This document shows, piece after piece, positions 9,582-20,128 of a stretch of 64,000 nt of DNA; positions within the stretch are counted from its first letter, which is position 1, and each line of letters opens with the position of its first letter. A model generated the notes under the pieces. The model was not told the origin of the DNA. It saw only the letters and a program-made list of their open reading frames with translations, and searched no databases. The DNA comes from an uncultured virus (IMG/VR IMGVR_UViG_3300037419_002733) (lineage: Duplodnaviria; Heunggongvirae; Uroviricota; Caudoviricetes): the IMG/VR virus record IMGVR_UViG_3300037419_002733; one strand, 5' to 3'. The translations under genes and the position numbers were made by a program.

Positions 9582-10208
9582 TGCCGTCTCCTTTTAAGCG
9601 TCGTTCCGGACCCGACCTCCATGATCGAGTTATACTATACCGATAATTTAGACCTATGGCAATAGTTTTCTCTGAATTTTGCCCTTAAAAAGAATTAATA
9701 GTAGGACCACTAATAATGATATTGCGAGGCTGGATGCAGGCGAAACCCGAGAAGAAAAATCATGTCGAACAATTGGATCTGAGCGATCTGACTCCCCAAG
9801 AACGGATTTCGCTACTAAACGCCATTTTCGAGGCGAGGGCGATCTTGCTCACTGAAGGCTACAGTGTTCGCATTGGAACCCGAAGAAGTGATAATGTTTA
9901 TGGACAACTACCTGCGGGTCTTTCTCAGCTTCCACCTTCTTCAGGGGTTTAACCGGTGTGTTGGTCGTGATTTCGGTCTGATCCTATCTCGTTGATCCCT
10001 AATGACTTATGACTTTGACAAAAAATAAGGTTGACGATCGGTTTTTTGGTTTACAATCCCATCTTCCTCCGTCTATAATGGGGTGCGGCGAAGATATTTT
10101 GTGTATTCGTTTTCGAGTCATAAAATGGATGATTCAGCCGAGGTAAGACCAAAATTTCGATGTCGGTTTTTTGCAGAGTTCCCGCTGTCTGGTTCGTAGC
10201 AAGGGAAG

Positions 10209-10233
10209 CGGTTAATCCCGGATTCTCCCTTAG
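10209..10233 (+). promoter_or_regulatory. Phage-specific upstream motif, copy 1 of 6
   Basis: CGGTTAATCCCGGATTCTCCCTTAG; related copies at 11336, 14568, 18510, 20681, 27903. Confidence 0.65.
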
Positions 10234-10242
10234 GATCGACGA

Positions 10243-10278
10243 ACCTTATTCATTCCACGCCCTAGAGGCGTTTAACAC
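10243..10278 (+). CRISPR. Solitary CRISPR repeat unit
   Basis: 10250-10278 (TCATTCCACGCCCTAGAGGCGTTTAACAC) is identical to the last 29 nt of the array repeat at 59755; no second repeat nearby. Confidence 0.9.
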
Positions 10279-10651
10279 ATTCTGAGCGAACTCCGGAAGC
10301 CGCTGAGCCGTGGCGAAGATTGACAAAATTCCGACCTTCTTTCACCCCTGATTAGGATCAATCTTTATGAGATCAATCAAGGTCAAGACAAGAAAGCGAC
10401 AGGCGTATAACGAGCGTCGATTCATCGTGGTTGTAGAACACAATAACAGCGAAGAAGATACCGCCTCTGTGAGCGTCATGATCGTTGCGGGTAAACTGGA
10501 ATTTACCCGCAGTCTGGTCATGCGCAACAACACTGGATTGTCAAACCAATCGCTCATCGACCTCGTCAAATCGGTCTATGACTTAAACATCTTGGTCGAG
10601 GAAGACTGATCCACAATACGAATTCAACATATCAAACCAGGGGAGACGACG

Positions 10652-11338
10652 ATGGCGATAGAAACAATTGCCGAGATGCTGGAACGGTTTGGCGATTATC
10701 CCGGCGCGGTGAGTATCAACAACCCCAAGGCATCGGTCTATCACATCGCCCGATACATGCTGAACGAGTTCCGGGAACGAGACCTACTGCCTTGTACGGT
10801 CGAGCAGGCGATAGACCAGACGTTCAAGGAAGGCTGGTTCATCCGGACATTCTATTACGAGGCAATCGCGAACCTGGTCTATGTCGGAGCAATTCAGTTC
10901 GACGGACAGGAACTCAAGAAGGGCGTTCAGTACGACCAATGGTTGGACTACGTAGATGCGTATCTGGAAGCGGTCGCCCGATCCCGAGAATACGACCAAC
11001 GACAAGCTTCCATGTGGGAGGAAGGGCGACGGCGGGCGATCAAGGAATTGATCCTTGAAGCGTTGTGGGATTCCTTGGGCAGTTACCCCTCGGAAGGCGT
11101 CTTGATCAATCGGAGCAATTTCCGCAAGCGAGTCCAGCCGGGAGCCAAATGTTACGTGGAGTTGGGGAAACGGCATTTCTCCTTCGACTCGGAACATACG
11201 AAGCGGCGCGAGACGGTTAGCGCGAACTACTACGTTTTGGGGGAAATCGTTTCGATCGGACCCAAGACGTTCCGGGTTCGGGTCAAAGGTGTTGAACTCG
11301 ACCTCGACCACTATCGAGCAACCAAGGTGGTCGGTTAA
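10652..11338 (+). CDS. Hypothetical protein
   Basis: GGGGAG RBS, 228 aa. Confidence 0.75.
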   Translation: MAIETIAEMLERFGDYPGAVSINNPKASVYHIARYMLNEFRERDLLPCTVEQAIDQTFKEGWFIRTFYYEAIANLVYVGAIQFDGQELKKGVQYDQWLDYVDAYLEAVARSREYDQRQASMWEEGRRRAIKELILEALWDSLGSYPSEGVLINRSNFRKRVQPGAKCYVELGKRHFSFDSEHTKRRETVSANYYVLGEIVSIGPKTFRVRVKGVELDLDHYRATKVVG

Positions 11339-11394
11339 AACCGGATACATCCTTAGCATCACGCAAGACTTCTCACACTCACAGGACTCGTAAC

Positions 11395-11931
11395 ATGAAA
11401 GCTGATGCGGTAGCAACCCAGGAAGTGACAAAAAAGCCCGTGCGGATTACGATCGAGATCAGCGGCGAGTACGCTGATTCTTTGGTCGAGTGCCAGATGC
11501 GGAAACTCCTCGGGACAACGACTGAGGCTCTAGAACTTGCGGCAAAGCAGTTCAAGTCTCCTGCCGATCGCGCACTGATGTCCTCCTATCGTGATAACTT
11601 GGAGAAGATCGCCCCGGCAATCGAGCATCTTCATGACCAAGTAAAGGCGGCGATCGAGGCGAAGGCATCGGCTCCCGTCGGACAATCCAAGGTCGCAACC
11701 GGTGTTGATCGCGAGTTGCTGGAAACGTGCGTCAAGGACGTCGAGCATAAAGGTCCTTGCGAGAACCAGACCACCATGCTCAAGTCGGTTGCGAATCTTT
11801 ATAACTCCCGCAAGAGCCTCGATCTCAAGGCGATCAGCTACACCATCGTCCGGCTCCGGATCGGGGAGTGGGCAATCCCGCACAAGTCCATGCCGCAGGT
11901 CAAGCCGCTCAACCGGGGGGGCAAGTCTTGA
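11395..11931 (+). CDS. Hypothetical protein
   Basis: AGGA RBS; preceded by upstream motif at 11336-11353. Confidence 0.75.
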   Translation: MKADAVATQEVTKKPVRITIEISGEYADSLVECQMRKLLGTTTEALELAAKQFKSPADRALMSSYRDNLEKIAPAIEHLHDQVKAAIEAKASAPVGQSKVATGVDRELLETCVKDVEHKGPCENQTTMLKSVANLYNSRKSLDLKAISYTIVRLRIGEWAIPHKSMPQVKPLNRGGKS

Positions 11932-12424
11932 AAAAGTCGCATCGATTGATCATCGACCATTTGCGACGAGGAGGGCGAATTTGGTCGCCCTCCACCTCCA
12001 ACATCGGTTACATGGTCGCCGATGGCGTGAACCAATGTCGTAACATCCGCCTATCGACCCTCCAGGAGATGGAGGAAGCCGGATTGCTCGAAACCCGGAG
12101 CAAGGGCGAGCGATATTCCGATACCCATTGGCATCTGAATATCCGGGATGCTACAATGGGATACTTCTTCCGTATGGAATCGCAGGATGAAATCAGGCGA
12201 ACCATCGGTCCCTTCCGCCACCACCTGCGACTCTCAGGCAGCGATCTCCAGACCTATGACGGCAAGTGGGTTGCCTACAAGACTCACAACGGAGGCTGGA
12301 TACTCCACGATGATTTGAGGGAACCATTCGACCTCAACGAACCGGCGCATTCCATCGTGATGTGGGCGGAAAAGGTCCAGCCCGATACCGTATTCGTCGA
12401 AGCCCCCAACGAGATCAACCAATC

Positions 12425-12982
12425 ATGAGCCTTCCGGTCTTAAACGACTCTCCGGTTCCCGACCACAAAAGGATCGAATTCGGTCACGCGAGGACCAAGT
12501 GCGGCTGTAAAGACTGCTTGATGAATTGCCGGTATATGCCGGGCTACCTCATCCCGTCCGACCTCGCGAGGATGATCCCAGCAGGTGCCGACCCCTTGGA
12601 ATGGGCGAGCAAGAACCTGCTGGCGTCTCCCGGTGCCACTGTGGCGGTCTTGAACCAGCAGACCGGGAAAGCGGAGGGGCAACGGCGGATTCCCACGTTG
12701 GTCCTTGCCGAGAAGCCGGACCATTCGTGCATCCATCTTGGCGATGACGGAAAGTGCGGGATTCACGAGACTTCGCCATTCGCCTGCGCATTCTTCGACT
12801 GTCGATCCACCGGCGAACATCTCAGTCTTCAAGGGCTTCGGGCAGTCGACCAAGCATGGGCTGATCCCCAGAGCCTCTACCGATCGATCTGGACGTATCT
12901 TTCGGGGCAAGGACTGGTCAGCGATTCCCCGAATGTCAAGCGGCGACGAATGAAGGAAATGGCGTATTTTGAGAGCCTATAG
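12425..12982 (+). CDS. YkgJ-family cysteine-cluster protein
   Basis: CGCKDC..CR..CIHL..GKCGIHETSPFACAFF. Confidence 0.75.
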   Translation: MSLPVLNDSPVPDHKRIEFGHARTKCGCKDCLMNCRYMPGYLIPSDLARMIPAGADPLEWASKNLLASPGATVAVLNQQTGKAEGQRRIPTLVLAEKPDHSCIHLGDDGKCGIHETSPFACAFFDCRSTGEHLSLQGLRAVDQAWADPQSLYRSIWTYLSGQGLVSDSPNVKRRRMKEMAYFESL

Positions 12983-13524
12983 GAAGGGCGGGCGATGAGT
13001 CGATGTGCGGTATGTAATCCTCGTGCCGGTGACCTCTGGTGCCTGGGCGGTGGCGACATGGTCTATCTTCTGGTAGACTACGCTAATCCGATTCAGATCA
13101 GGGTCACCTCATCCAGCGGGGATCGGTGGCGTTTGACTTCATCTGATATCTTTGCCAGGAGGATCAAGAGCAACAACGCCAAAGCTGAATTGATCTGTCG
13201 CGCGGAAGCCGGTGAGTTTCCCTGGTGCGACCAGAGGAAGTGGAACCTTAGTGAAATTCCTTACCCATCTTTGGAGGATTCTTTGAGCTTCATCAAAGGC
13301 ATCTTGGCGAGAATCACTTACGACCAACTGGACAACGGAATGTCCGATCTGCTGTATAATCGGTTGGCGTGGGCATTCGACTCCATCTTCAACGATTTTT
13401 CCGTCACCCCGTACGAACGTCGGGCGCGTCACGCCAAGTGGCTTCAGACGCTCGAATTACACAATGTCACCGAAGACCAGTTCTTCGAGGCAATGGAGCA
13501 GCGCCTTCCGGCAGCAGGATAATC

Positions 13525-13947
13525 ATGCCGATAACCAAGGCAAAGATGGAGCAGCACGTCCTCGGGCTTTGTCGCCAACATTCGATAGAGGTCCTATCAG
13601 TGAGTCGCGGCGGCAAAGCTTGGAGAAAGTCCAAGAGGATCAAGATTGCTCCGGTCAAAGGTGTTGTGACGTATTACGTCGCTCTCCATGAAATCGCCCA
13701 CGTTATTCATCCTGAGGCAGCCATCGGCAAGGGGTTGCGACTGGAGCAGGAAGCTCACGCCTGGAATTGGGCAATCGCCAATGCCTTGGTCAAGCCGACG
13801 CCCGCCGTCACCCGCCTGATCCATCGCAGCTTGGTCTCGTACCTGAAACGGGTAAATCGCAGGAAGTCCATGAAGTTGCCCAATCCGGGACATTTGTTCT
13901 GGACCTTGTTGAATTCGACGAAAGAAAGGAATACCGACGATGCCTAA
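13525..13947 (+). CDS. Small zincin-like (HEXXH) protein
   Basis: ALHEIAHV followed by EQEAHAWNWA. Confidence 0.7.
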   Translation: MPITKAKMEQHVLGLCRQHSIEVLSVSRGGKAWRKSKRIKIAPVKGVVTYYVALHEIAHVIHPEAAIGKGLRLEQEAHAWNWAIANALVKPTPAVTRLIHRSLVSYLKRVNRRKSMKLPNPGHLFWTLLNSTKERNTDDA

Positions 13948-14587
13948 GACCAAGAAGCTGGACCTCGATTGTTCCCCTGTTGGCAATCACCGCGCCAAAT
14001 GTGCCAGGGAACTGGACTTCGCGATCTATGAATTCCTCTCATCCAATTCTCCTTATTACATGAGTGTGTCCAGCATCGTCAGGCATGTCATCCACATCGA
14101 TTGCGAATACCGCTCCATCGAAGGCTCACTGAAGAGGCTGGCCGAGTGGAAGTGTATCGCGAAGATCCCCACTCAGTTCGTCAACAACCGTGCGGTCTCG
14201 ATGTATTACTGCAAAGAAAGCCAAGCAAAATCGGACTTGGTCGCAAAGATCTATGCCAACAAGATGAAGAAGAAACGGGCAGCCGTTCCGAAGAATGCCA
14301 CGGGCTTGCCGAGTCGTAAAGTGGATCTGACTTTGGTCAAGGTTGCCATCCTGGTTAAGTTGCTCGAACGCGGGCATTCCGTCATCTCACTCGGCATCCG
14401 GGAGTATTCCGAGCAGTTGGTTCGACGGGCATTGGACGAGATGGTTAAAGACAAAATTGTCGAGAAATGCAAGAAACAAATTCGTACGGATTGGGTTGGA
14501 ACGAGTTTGTATTTTACAATTCAAGAAAATCGGCGAGATTATGCTTGCCAGATGATCGAAAATGCGGTAAAACCGGATTCACCCTAA
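13940..14587 (+). CDS. Hypothetical basic protein, possibly tandem winged-helix
   Basis: AAGGA RBS; two Lys/Arg-rich helical segments. Confidence 0.6.
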   Translation: MPKTKKLDLDCSPVGNHRAKCARELDFAIYEFLSSNSPYYMSVSSIVRHVIHIDCEYRSIEGSLKRLAEWKCIAKIPTQFVNNRAVSMYYCKESQAKSDLVAKIYANKMKKKRAAVPKNATGLPSRKVDLTLVKVAILVKLLERGHSVISLGIREYSEQLVRRALDEMVKDKIVEKCKKQIRTDWVGTSLYFTIQENRRDYACQMIENAVKPDSP

Positions 14588-14617
14588 GCGACGGAGCAAC
14601 CTTCAACCCCGTTAAGG

Positions 14618-17056
14618 ATGATCGCTATGGTTAAGGCAGGACTTCCGCCCACTCCTGAAGTCGTCATGGTTTGCGGCGTCCCGATTCGCAATGTCTACGT
14701 GATGCGGTCGAATCGTGACGGTCGGTGCATGTATTCCAACAAGAAGATTCGCGTCGGCGACGTCATCATCTACAAGCCGAACGACAAATTAACCGATCAA
14801 GAGTACCGCGACCTCTTCCCGCCCAAACACTTCCCCGATGGCTACCACGGTCCGCTCGTCGTTCTGCACAAGGAAGTGATCGGCATTCCGGTTAACGAGG
14901 CGAGGGTTCCGGTTTCTGCCTCGGCTTCTCCCGCCCGTGCCAGCGAGGAAGTCCTCAAGCGACGGAAGCCGCTCGGCATGCCCAAGGAGCCGCCGAGCGA
15001 CCACCAGGTCTACATCCTCGACCGGATGCAGAATGGGAAGAAGCACATCGTCATCAAGGCACTCGCGGGGTGCGGCAAGACCAACACCCTCCAGCGGGTC
15101 GCCTGGACGCTCAAGCAGACGCGGATCAAGCTCAAGGACAAGAACGGCAACTGCGTCCTTGACAAGAACGGCAAAATCAAGATGGTTTCGCTCATGGATG
15201 GGCGGAAGGTCCACTATCTCGCCTACAACAAGCGGCTGAAGATCGAAGTCGACCCGAAGATGTTCGGGACCGGCGTGAAGTGCCAGACCACGCATGCCTT
15301 CTTCCTTGGCGTCTTGGGTCTCACTCCGGACAATATCGAAGAGGGGCTGGACAACCACTGGTTCCTCGCGGTTCTGTGCAACCGTCGGGGGCTTCCTTTC
15401 AATGCCGCGTCGATCAAGGCAATCAAGGCTGAGAAGGAGAACAACCTCTATCAGTTCCGGAATGTTGTCCTGGAATTGGTCGAATTCACCAAGCATTGGG
15501 CGATCCTCCCCGACTGGACCGATTCCGGCTGGGTGTTCGGTGGTGCCGCCCGACAAGAAATGAACGGGCTGATCGACAAGTACAAGATGTTGGTCGACGA
15601 CCGAGACCGGGAGTTGGTGATTGGGCTGGCTTGCTCGACCATCGCGTCTGGTCTCCCCGAGCCGGGCGTCAAGCCGAGCCGGATCACGTTTGAGGACATG
15701 CTGTACCTGCCGCTTGTCCTCAACCTTCCGGTCCCCAAGCTCGACATGGTCCTGACCGACGAGATCCAGGACTTCAACAAGTGCCAGAATCTCCTGATGG
15801 GGAAGCTCGCCGAGGCGGGCGCTCGCCTGATCACCGTCGGTGATCCGAGACAGGCAATCTATCGGTTCCGTGGTGCAACCGGCAAGTCGTTCGAGATGCT
15901 CGAATCAATCCTGTCCAAGACCGAGCGGGGCGTCGACCAGGGCTTCTTGCCGATCAACTATCGGAGCAGCCGGGCGATCATCCGGAACGCTCAGCAGTAC
16001 GTCCCCGAACTCCAGGGGTTCAAGGACATCGAGGGCGAGGTCCGGCACGACGTGAGCTTCGCGGGCATGCTCGACTGGCTGGTCGAGAACCCCACCAAGG
16101 AAGTCTGCATCCTGTGCCGCACCAACGACCCGCTCTTCCGGGGCGCGTTGGAAGTCATCAAGGAATTCATCTTCCGCAAGGTCAAGGATCGCAAGGTCTG
16201 CATCCTTGGCAAGAAGGGGGTGGGTGGACCGCTCATCAACCTGATTCGTACGGTCATGGAAGACCCCGACGGCAAGACGCGGGTTTCTCGCCTGTCCAAC
16301 CTGCTGGACAAGGAAGGGGAGATCAAGGAAGTCGGCTTGGTCCGTCGCCTGGAGGATCATCTCGCCAAGCAGATCGTGCTGTGGGGCAAGGAAGAGAAGT
16401 TCGCGACCGAACTGGCGCGACTCCGGAGCAACATCGAGTGTATCCAGGTTGTCTGCTCGATGGTCAAGGATGACAAGGTCGATTCGGTTATCGAGTTGAT
16501 TCTGGACCTCGTCACGGACAAGCCCGAGCCGAACAGCGTCCTCTTCGCGACCGTCCATGCCGCCAAGGGGCTGGAGTGGGAAACGGTGTACGTCATCCGT
16601 CCCGACCTTTCGCCCTTCCCGACCGTTAAGCAGTTCGACGAGAACGGCGAGGTCACGGAAGAGTGGGAAGAGGAAATGAACATCATGTATGTTCGCGACA
16701 CGCGGGGCGTCCTCAACCACTACACGGTCATGGACTGGATCGAGAAGGAGCGGATGGGCGGGGTCATGGATGTTCAGTCTTACGTGACTCATGATATCAT
16801 GACCGAAGATGAAGATAACGATATCTCCAACTTCTGGGATGAAAACCGCGAAGAGAAGGCGGGAATGGCTCTCCCGCCGATGCCCACTCCCCCCGTCGTT
16901 CAAGAGCCGAAACAGGCTGAAATCCAGCCTGTGACGCCCGCTGTAACGGCTCCCAAGCGTCCGGTGACTCCCCTCCCGACGCCGACCCGACCTTCGCCTG
17001 AGGTTGTAAAACCAAAAATGCATCGGAAATGGGTTGACAACGGCGAACCGTTCTGA
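14618..17056 (+). CDS. UvrD/Rep-family SF1 helicase
   Basis: ALAGCGKT, DEIQD, VGDPRQAIYRFRGA, NYRS, ILCRTN, TVHAAKGLEW; Pro-rich C-terminal tail. Confidence 0.93.
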   Translation: MIAMVKAGLPPTPEVVMVCGVPIRNVYVMRSNRDGRCMYSNKKIRVGDVIIYKPNDKLTDQEYRDLFPPKHFPDGYHGPLVVLHKEVIGIPVNEARVPVSASASPARASEEVLKRRKPLGMPKEPPSDHQVYILDRMQNGKKHIVIKALAGCGKTNTLQRVAWTLKQTRIKLKDKNGNCVLDKNGKIKMVSLMDGRKVHYLAYNKRLKIEVDPKMFGTGVKCQTTHAFFLGVLGLTPDNIEEGLDNHWFLAVLCNRRGLPFNAASIKAIKAEKENNLYQFRNVVLELVEFTKHWAILPDWTDSGWVFGGAARQEMNGLIDKYKMLVDDRDRELVIGLACSTIASGLPEPGVKPSRITFEDMLYLPLVLNLPVPKLDMVLTDEIQDFNKCQNLLMGKLAEAGARLITVGDPRQAIYRFRGATGKSFEMLESILSKTERGVDQGFLPINYRSSRAIIRNAQQYVPELQGFKDIEGEVRHDVSFAGMLDWLVENPTKEVCILCRTNDPLFRGALEVIKEFIFRKVKDRKVCILGKKGVGGPLINLIRTVMEDPDGKTRVSRLSNLLDKEGEIKEVGLVRRLEDHLAKQIVLWGKEEKFATELARLRSNIECIQVVCSMVKDDKVDSVIELILDLVTDKPEPNSVLFATVHAAKGLEWETVYVIRPDLSPFPTVKQFDENGEVTEEWEEEMNIMYVRDTRGVLNHYTVMDWIEKERMGGVMDVQSYVTHDIMTEDEDNDISNFWDENREEKAGMALPPMPTPPVVQEPKQAEIQPVTPAVTAPKRPVTPLPTPTRPSPEVVKPKMHRKWVDNGEPF

Positions 17057-17144
17057 GAGAATCACCAATCATCGAGGCTGTGTTACAAAATAACCAGCCT
17101 CGATGATTGGTGATATCGCTTCTATTACCGATAAGGATTTCGGA

Positions 17145-17759
17145 ATGCTTGCCATGATCGAGCACAAGGGATATCACGGATGTATGGAAATCAGCCTTGA
17201 CGATCAGGTCCTTCGCGGTCAAGTCGTCGGGATTCGCGACACCATCACGTTCCAGGGCGATACCGTCCCCCAAGCCGTCCAGGCGTTCCGCGACTCGGTC
17301 GATGACTACCTTGCCCACTGCAAGGAAATCAACAAGGAACCCGAGAAGTCGGAAGGGGATCGTTACTTCGCTCGCTATGTCGAGATCATGAAGGATTTCC
17401 CCCTCCGACCGCTCCAGTCTGACGCCGAACTTGACAATGCGATCAAGATACTCAACGGCTTCCTCGACCGTGGCATTGATAATTTGAACGGCGATGAATA
17501 TGATTATTTCGATATCTTGGGCGATTTGATCCACACCTACGAAGAGACTCACGACCCCCTCCCTCCCATCCTGCCCCACGAATCGCTGCGATATCTCATC
17601 GAGGATGCCAAGCAGGTCTCGATTGCCGAAGTGGCACGACAGACCAAGACCTCTGCTCGCACGATCAGGCGTATTCTTGCTGGCGAGCAGGAAATGAATA
17701 TTCGACACATTAAGGCATTCGCCAAATACTTCAACGTCCTTCCAGATGCATTCCTCTGA
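17145..17759 (+). CDS. HicB-like + HigA-like (HTH) antitoxin fusion, no toxin adjacent
   Basis: N-term HKGYHG..GQVVGIRDTITFQG..AFRDSVDDYL (HicB-like). C-term PLRPLQSDAELD..LGDLIHTYE..AEVAR..RRILAGE..IKAFAKYFNV (HigA/Xre). Confidence 0.8.
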   Translation: MLAMIEHKGYHGCMEISLDDQVLRGQVVGIRDTITFQGDTVPQAVQAFRDSVDDYLAHCKEINKEPEKSEGDRYFARYVEIMKDFPLRPLQSDAELDNAIKILNGFLDRGIDNLNGDEYDYFDILGDLIHTYEETHDPLPPILPHESLRYLIEDAKQVSIAEVARQTKTSARTIRRILAGEQEMNIRHIKAFAKYFNVLPDAFL

Positions 17760-17771
17760 TGCCCGATCGTT

Positions 17772-17807
17772 CGTCCCTTTACCCCACGCCCTAGAGACGT
17801 CCAATAC
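17772..17807 (+). CRISPR. Degenerate solitary CRISPR repeat
   Basis: CCACGCCCTAGAGaCGTccAAtAC: 13-nt exact core and 20/24 identity to the 3' part of the array repeat; intergenic. Confidence 0.6.
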
Positions 17808-18201
17808 AGGATCGTTTCGTGCTTTACACCGAGAATTCAGATTCGGTCATCAGGTTCGTCAAGCTGTATTCGATCTTGAACAAGGAGAAGCAACAGAATC
17901 AAAAATATCCGATGATCGCACGGAACTACAATGACCAGATCCGGGTGACGACCACCCTGTTCGCCGCAGTTATGAACCAATTTCTAGGCATAAAATATCC
18001 AAATCACATGATTGCTCTGGTGGATGAGTTGGACGCTGCGATCCTGCTCGATCTTCTGGACGCGATCCGGTTGAAGAATCTCAAAGAGCATCCGACGATC
18101 GAGACCGCGATCGGGTTGCTCGACATCGAGGTGTATGAAGACGATTCGGTCAAGAAGAAGCCCAAGGTCCATTGGCGTATTAAACATTAGGGGAATCGCT
18201 C

Positions 18202-18495
18202 ATGCCGCGTCTCACCGTAATCAACGCCGAGAAGATTTATAAGAACAACCAACCTCGATATCAGGCTGACCCCGGAGCCTTCCGGAGTCCCGAGGATTTC
18301 TGCCAGACATGCTTTGGTCGCATCGACGTCGATGCCCTCGCCAAACGCGAAAAGATCAGCGTCGATTTCGCTGAAGAACAGGTCAACGGGCTGGCAGACG
18401 AGCAGGGCTTGCTCAACGACGATCACCCGGATTACGGAGATCTCGGCTACGAGTGCGTCCAGTGCGGGAAGACATTGACCGACGACGATAACTAG
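18202..18495 (+). CDS. Small zinc-binding hypothetical protein
   Basis: CQTC..CVQC. Confidence 0.7.
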   Translation: MPRLTVINAEKIYKNNQPRYQADPGAFRSPEDFCQTCFGRIDVDALAKREKISVDFAEEQVNGLADEQGLLNDDHPDYGDLGYECVQCGKTLTDDDN

Positions 18496-18600
18496 TCGGT
18501 TCATTCGGTTAAAACCGGATACGCCCTGTGCAGCAACGGCGACGACGAAGTCGCTTCATTTGAATCATTCAAATTCCCTGCCATCGGAGGGTGTTGGTTC

Positions 18601-19722
18601 ATGTTTCACACAGCGGTTTCCCCGATCATCCATTCCGACCTTTGCAAAGAAGAGGAGGAAGTCCTTTTCGATGTTCTTCGAAAAGGAAACGTGGTCCTCA
18701 AGAAATACAGCGATTCGGTCAAGCTTCTCAACCGAATCGCCAAGTCCTTCCGCTACGCTCCCGAAGAATTCCGGGAACGTTTGTTCTTGCCGGAAAATCA
18801 TCCTCGACGCATTTCTTACCGAGGCGTGATGACGACCGAGGAATACGAGCAGGTCAAGATCCTCGGCAACGCCAAGCCGGACAAGTGGTTCGCCAGAGGT
18901 TCGATTCAAGAGTTGCGAAGGAATGTCAACACGCTGGGGCTGTCGGAGTCGGACCTCGCCAAGGTTAAAGCGGTCGCATCCGTTCAGAATCGGATCATCG
19001 AGGGCTACGTCCGGATGGTCTGCGATCTCGCACAAACGCTGGCGAGACGGTCGCACGATCAAGTCCTAGTGGATGCTGAGGTTTTGATCCAGGTGGGCTT
19101 GATGGGAGTTGTCGCGGCTGTCTGGGGGTATCGCCGCGACAACGTCTTATTCAGCACCTACGTCAGCAACAGCATCTTCCGTCACATGGTGCGGGAACTG
19201 GCTCAGACCAATCCTCAGAACAAGTTGCTCTCCCAGAACTACAAGTTGGTGTCGGCATATTATGCCGCCTCGATTGAGAACATCGAAGACAGGAGGTTCG
19301 AATCGATCGTGTCTCGGGTCAAGATCACGCTCAAGAATGGCGGGTTTCGGCGTCCTACCGACAAGGAAATCAAGCAGCTTAGAGCGGCGTTTGGTCCTGA
19401 AAGCAAGTCGACCATCCGCGATACCGAGATGCAGATCGACGAGGGTGACGGCAAGTTCATCGGCGGCATCAACTCCTGTCCCGCTCCTGTCAAGGTCGAT
19501 GTGACCTCCTTCAATGAGCTTCTCGACCGCTCCGGATTGGACGCGAAAGAACGAGAGTTGATCGAGATGGCGCAGGAAGGCAGCCATGGGTTCCAAACCC
19601 GGTGGGCTGAGAAGCATAATTGCTCGCGCACATGGGCGGGCAAGATGCTCCGGAAGGCGTGGTCCAAGATTGAGAAGGCTCGGGTCAATCAACATCGCAT
19701 TCTCCAGAAAGCGGCTCTTTGA
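18601..19722 (+). CDS. Sigma70-family RNA polymerase sigma factor
   Basis: Region 2: YVRMVCDLA..EVLIQVGLMGVVAAVWGY..FSTYVSNSI. Region 4: LDAKERELIE..AEKHNCSRTWAGKMLRKAWSKI. Confidence 0.85.
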   Translation: MFHTAVSPIIHSDLCKEEEEVLFDVLRKGNVVLKKYSDSVKLLNRIAKSFRYAPEEFRERLFLPENHPRRISYRGVMTTEEYEQVKILGNAKPDKWFARGSIQELRRNVNTLGLSESDLAKVKAVASVQNRIIEGYVRMVCDLAQTLARRSHDQVLVDAEVLIQVGLMGVVAAVWGYRRDNVLFSTYVSNSIFRHMVRELAQTNPQNKLLSQNYKLVSAYYAASIENIEDRRFESIVSRVKITLKNGGFRRPTDKEIKQLRAAFGPESKSTIRDTEMQIDEGDGKFIGGINSCPAPVKVDVTSFNELLDRSGLDAKERELIEMAQEGSHGFQTRWAEKHNCSRTWAGKMLRKAWSKIEKARVNQHRILQKAAL

Positions 19723-19828
19723 GATGATCCCCAAACTCGTCGCTAAGGACTAGCACGCCCTCGCTTGGTATGGTACAATCCAAGACGTGGTTGAGGTAAG
19801 ACGGTTAGCGAACCTAAGGACTAAACAT

Positions 19829-20128
19829 ATGTCCACCGAGATCGTGATCCACAAACCCCCTGGCAGTGTTGCCCTTGAGGACAACGCTCAGTGGGACCAC
19901 AGGTTCCAAATTCGGTCCGAAACGAGTAACCGCCTTTATACCATCGCCCGCAACAAGAAATCGGGCAAATGGGGGTGCTCCTGCCCGGCCTATATCACCC
20001 GGCGATACTGCAAGCACCTTTTGCAGGGGTGCCGTCTTACTTCCGCCCAAATCCACGGAGGACACACCATTGAGGACGAAACCCCCAAGACCAATCCCAA
20101 GAGGCAAATCGGACGTGGCAAAAAGTAA
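19829..20128 (+). CDS. SWIM zinc-finger protein
   Basis: WGCSCPAYITRRYCKHL. Confidence 0.8.
   Translation: MSTEIVIHKPPGSVALEDNAQWDHRFQIRSETSNRLYTIARNKKSGKWGCSCPAYITRRYCKHLLQGCRLTSAQIHGGHTIEDETPKTNPKRQIGRGKK

Noticed and set aside
14633..14646. Target of the orphan omegaRNA guide (AAGGCAGGA match in the uvrD 5' end)
   Set aside because: Only 9 contiguous nt match, compatible with chance in 64 kb.
15905..17068. Long antisense ORFs (e.g. 387 aa opposite uvrD; 42341-43312; 57291-58229)
   Set aside because: Shadow frames of GC3-biased genes with clear motifs on the other strand.
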